From an uncultured Clostridium sp. (GTDB lineage: Bacteria; Bacillota; Clostridia; TANB77; CAG-508), in contig CAMSEM010000003.1 of the NCBI GenBank assembly GCA_947057505.1, positions 1-33,458 on the forward strand: a DNA stretch of 33,458 nucleotides, read 5' to 3'. Of the stretch, positions 30,519 through 33,458 are shown piece after piece. The translations under genes were made by a program, and so were the position numbers. Numbering within the stretch: position 1 is the first letter of the stretch; each line of letters begins with the position of its first letter. The notes under the pieces were generated by a model that did no database searches, was not told the origin of the DNA, and was given only the letters and a program-made list of their open reading frames with translations.

Positions 30519-30595
30519 TAGAAAAGGACAGCTTTTATATCATTTTCTACGCAGTTGGGGCGAGCAAGAAAATGATATAATAGCTGTTTTTTCTA
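30519..30595. repeat. Long inverted repeat with GC-rich loop between murE and mraY
   Basis: tagaaaaggacagcttttatatcattttct / agaaaatgatataatagctgttttttcta. Confidence 0.7.
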
Positions 30596-30607
30596 TTTAA
30601 TTTTTAC

Positions 30608-32077
30608 TTACTCTAAAATCTCTCTAATAATTTCCCTTTCATCAAAAGGATATTTTTTTCCTTTAATTTCTTGTGTTAATTCATGACCTTTTCCTGCAAT
30701 CACAATGATATCCTTTTTGTTTGCTATTGTAATTGCTTTTTTGATTGCTTCTTTTCTATCTAAAATACATTCATAACTACCCTTTGTTTTTTTGATGCCT
30801 TTTTCTATTTGTGATACTATTTCTTCTGGCTTTTCGGTTCTTGGGTTGTCTGATGTAATAATGGTGTGATCTGCTATGGTTCCTGATATGGTTCCCATGA
30901 TTGGTCTTTTGCCAGAGTCTCTATCTCCTCCACAGCCAAATACACAAATTAATTTACCTTGTGTATAAGTTTTTACAGTGGTTAAAATATTTTCTAAGCT
31001 TTCTGGGCTATGTGCATAGTCTATCATAATAGTTAGTTCTTTTTGATTATCTACTAATTCACTTCTTCCTGGTACACGAATATTTAGTAATGCTTCTATT
31101 ATATTTTCTGCTGTACAGCCATATTTTAGTGCTACACTAATAGCTGCTAGTGAATTGTATACACTAAATCTACCTGGAATTCCAGTTTTTACTCTTTGAT
31201 TTTTATCGCCTAGTTTTACTTTAAAATCTACATAGGCATTTGTTACTGTAATATCTTTTGCAAGTAAATTTCCTGGGTTATCTATTCCATAAGTGGTAAA
31301 GGTACAATTTGGTACTAGGTTTGGTAATTTGTTTGCATAAATATCATCTGAATTAATATAGCCATATTTACACATAGAAAATAGTTTTACTTTTGATTCA
31401 AAGTAATCTTCCATGCTAGAATGTTCTTTTTGGCTAATGTGGTCTTTTGAAAAGTTTGTAAAAATGCCAACATCAAACTCGCAGCCATCTACTCTACCTA
31501 ATTTTAAACTTTGAGAAGATACCTCCATTACAGCAAATTCACATTTTGCTTTTACCATTTGGCTTAACAATTCTTGTAGTTCTAGGCTTTCTGGAGTGGT
31601 TCTGTCGTTATCTCCTAAGTTTTTATCTCCTATATATGTGCAAATTGTTCCAATAAGACCTACTTTATATCCTTGTTTTTCTAATAAAGACTTAATCATA
31701 AATGTGGTAGTAGTTTTTCCTTTAGTTCCAGTTACCCCTATTAGCTTTAATTTTTTAGAAGGGTTTTGATAATAGTTGCATGCACAAATGGAAATTGCAT
31801 GCCTTGTGTCTGGTGCTAAAATGAAGGTTATATCATCGGTTAAATCTTTTACCATTTCTCTGGTTAATTTATCTGCTTGTGCCATAATAACTTTTGCACC
31901 ATTTTGAATGGCCTCTCCAATGAATTCATGACCGTTTTGTTCAAAACCATCTATTGCAACAAACATGTCTCCTGTTTTTATCTTTTGAGAGCTACTTTCT
32001 ATTTTAGGAACATCTACTTCTAGACTTCCTTTTACTTTTAGGCCTTCTAAGCCCGCTAAAATACTTTTTAATTCCAT
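30608..32077 (-). CDS. murE: UDP-MurNAc-tripeptide synthetase (meso-DAP type)
   Basis: GVTGTKGKTTT, DYAHSP, DNPR motif, AGKGHE. Confidence 0.97.
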   Translation of the reverse strand: MELKSILAGLEGLKVKGSLEVDVPKIESSSQKIKTGDMFVAIDGFEQNGHEFIGEAIQNGAKVIMAQADKLTREMVKDLTDDITFILAPDTRHAISICACNYYQNPSKKLKLIGVTGTKGKTTTTFMIKSLLEKQGYKVGLIGTICTYIGDKNLGDNDRTTPESLELQELLSQMVKAKCEFAVMEVSSQSLKLGRVDGCEFDVGIFTNFSKDHISQKEHSSMEDYFESKVKLFSMCKYGYINSDDIYANKLPNLVPNCTFTTYGIDNPGNLLAKDITVTNAYVDFKVKLGDKNQRVKTGIPGRFSVYNSLAAISVALKYGCTAENIIEALLNIRVPGRSELVDNQKELTIMIDYAHSPESLENILTTVKTYTQGKLICVFGCGGDRDSGKRPIMGTISGTIADHTIITSDNPRTEKPEEIVSQIEKGIKKTKGSYECILDRKEAIKKAITIANKKDIIVIAGKGHELTQEIKGKKYPFDEREIIREILE

Positions 32078-32194
32078 AGCTTTCTCCTATCCTTCTTTTA
32101 TTTTTTATTACATTTTTTCTTATGTGGTTTATCTTCCTAATTTTCCATTTGTATTATACCATAACTTGTTTTTAGAAAGCAACTTATGTTTGAA

Positions 32195-32497
32195 TTATAT
32201 TTCTACAATAATTTTTGTTCCTTCATATACACTAATTCCTTGTTTTGGTAATTGCTCTTTAATGACACAAGTTTGTTTGTCATATTCTTCTGGCTCATTT
32301 TTTATTTGCAGTTCTAAATTTACTTCTTTTAATGCTTTAGTTGCATCTAATATAGTCATTCCTTCTATTTTTGGTACTTCTACTTGCTTTTTCATTTCTT
32401 CTTCTGTTTCGTTATCTTTTTGTAGTTCTAAATATGGTAATACTTCAGATAATACTTGCCCTCCTACTGGTGCTCCTACCGCACCTCCTTGGGTGAT
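32195..32497 (-). pseudogene. C-terminal fragment of a class B PBP (SpoVD/FtsI-like) with PASTA domain; 5' part absent
   Basis: QGGAVGAPVGGQVLSEVLPYL followed by a PASTA-like VPKIEGMTILDA..QLPKQG; dcw position upstream of murE; stop codon and unrelated sequence above 32497. Confidence 0.75.
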
Positions 32498-32627
32498 TTA
32501 AGCAACACAAATCAAGTTAGCTGTTCGAACGATAGTAAATTGCAGATGGCTTATGCAATTAAGTTACTATATTTTTCAAAAACCATAACAACTTTTTAAT
32601 GTTTTTTCAATAAAGTAGACAAAAAAA

Positions 32628-32664
32628 TAACTAGATAATTATCTTCTGGTAATCTCTAGTTATT
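32628..32664 (-). terminator. Probable terminator
   Basis: aataactaga...tctagttatt stem with a T7 tract on the minus strand. Confidence 0.6.
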
Positions 32665-32717
32665 CAAAATCTATTTATATCTTTATATTTCAATTATCTC
32701 CTTGTGTATGAAGAGTA

Positions 32718-33323
32718 TTATGTATCTATAACAATTAGTGGTACAGTTAATTCCTCTTTACTAAAACCTGAATGAGATCCTTTTATTTTTCCAATATAAT
32801 TTTTTGCATCCTCTACAGTATTAACAAAATAAGCACCTTTTTTGCAAAAACTGATAAATTCTCCTAAGTTCGATTTCATATATTCCGATATCTCTTCTTT
32901 TCCAAATATATTATTTTTTATAAATTCATTTGTATCAAAAATATACATTTTATCTTGATAGTCTTTTTTGAATTCCTTTAAAAATTTATCTTTTTTATCT
33001 TCTTGCACATAATATGTTGCTGTTCCATAATCAATTCCTGGTAGAGCATAGAAATATTTATTATATTTTTCAAAATCCATCGTAATATCTTTTTCTGTTA
33101 TATCTATTTGTCCATGATCTGCTATGATAATAATTTCTAAATCTTGTATGCTTTGCTTTTTTAATTTAATTAGCTCCTTTTCCATTTCATTCATAATGTT
33201 TTTACTATATACTCCATTATAATGAGATTCCGAATCCACATATGGTAAATATAAGTAGGTAAATGTCTCAGCATTTATATTACTCTTTATATTATTTGTT
33301 GCTTTTTCAAATGCCTCTTCCAT
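32718..33323 (-). CDS. Alkaline-phosphatase-superfamily (type I phosphodiesterase-like) protein, N-terminally truncated
   Basis: YLPYVDSESH, IIADHGQ and GSHSG..EELTVPLI metal motifs; the N-terminal nucleophile region is missing. Confidence 0.7.
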   Translation of the reverse strand: MEEAFEKATNNIKSNINAETFTYLYLPYVDSESHYNGVYSKNIMNEMEKELIKLKKQSIQDLEIIIIADHGQIDITEKDITMDFEKYNKYFYALPGIDYGTATYYVQEDKKDKFLKEFKKDYQDKMYIFDTNEFIKNNIFGKEEISEYMKSNLGEFISFCKKGAYFVNTVEDAKNYIGKIKGSHSGFSKEELTVPLIVIDT

Positions 33324-33458
33324 ATTCTACCATATTTTTACATAATTCTCAAGTTTTTTGTATACTAATTATAAAAAAATTGGCTTTGCAACTGCACAGT
33401 TTAAGGAATCCTCTGCATAAGTTATTCGTAATCGGCAAAGCCTCAACGACTAACTCAA

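Noticed and set aside
1353-32501. Numerous plus-strand ORFs of 60-170 aa antisense to tsf, rpsB, fusA, trmFO, topA, mraY and others
   Set aside because: They are shadow frames of well-supported genes, with no SD or recognisable motifs.
1-33458. CRISPR arrays, tRNA or rRNA genes, transposases, integrases, reverse transcriptase
   Set aside because: No regularly spaced repeats, cloverleaf structures or such ORFs were recognised.

Overview
AT-rich Clostridia-like (Bacillota) chromosomal window, mostly minus-strand housekeeping genes: rluB, rluD, tsf, rpsB, a reverse rubrerythrin, tuf-fusA-rpsG-rpsL, trmFO, a SNF2 helicase, topA and a dcw cluster (PBP/spoVD fragment, murE, mraY, ftsW/spoVE, murG). 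Orphan genes and a pilin-like protein with a DGR-type variable C-terminus are interspersed. The main finding is that three conserved genes (rluD, murG, ftsW) each lose their reading frame at an in-frame CGG codon. In each, skipping one base (CGGN read as GGN, Gly) restores the family-conserved Gly and the downstream protein. By manual reading these are the only in-frame CGG codons in the conserved genes of the window. This suggests a lineage-level CGG-triggered +1 frameshift or four-base decoding rather than random pseudogenisation. Other points are a leader shared by two unrelated small membrane genes, hairpin-displaced SD sites, a candidate small RNA and probable chimeric or rearranged junctions near both window ends. 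All family calls come from motif recognition, not database searches.
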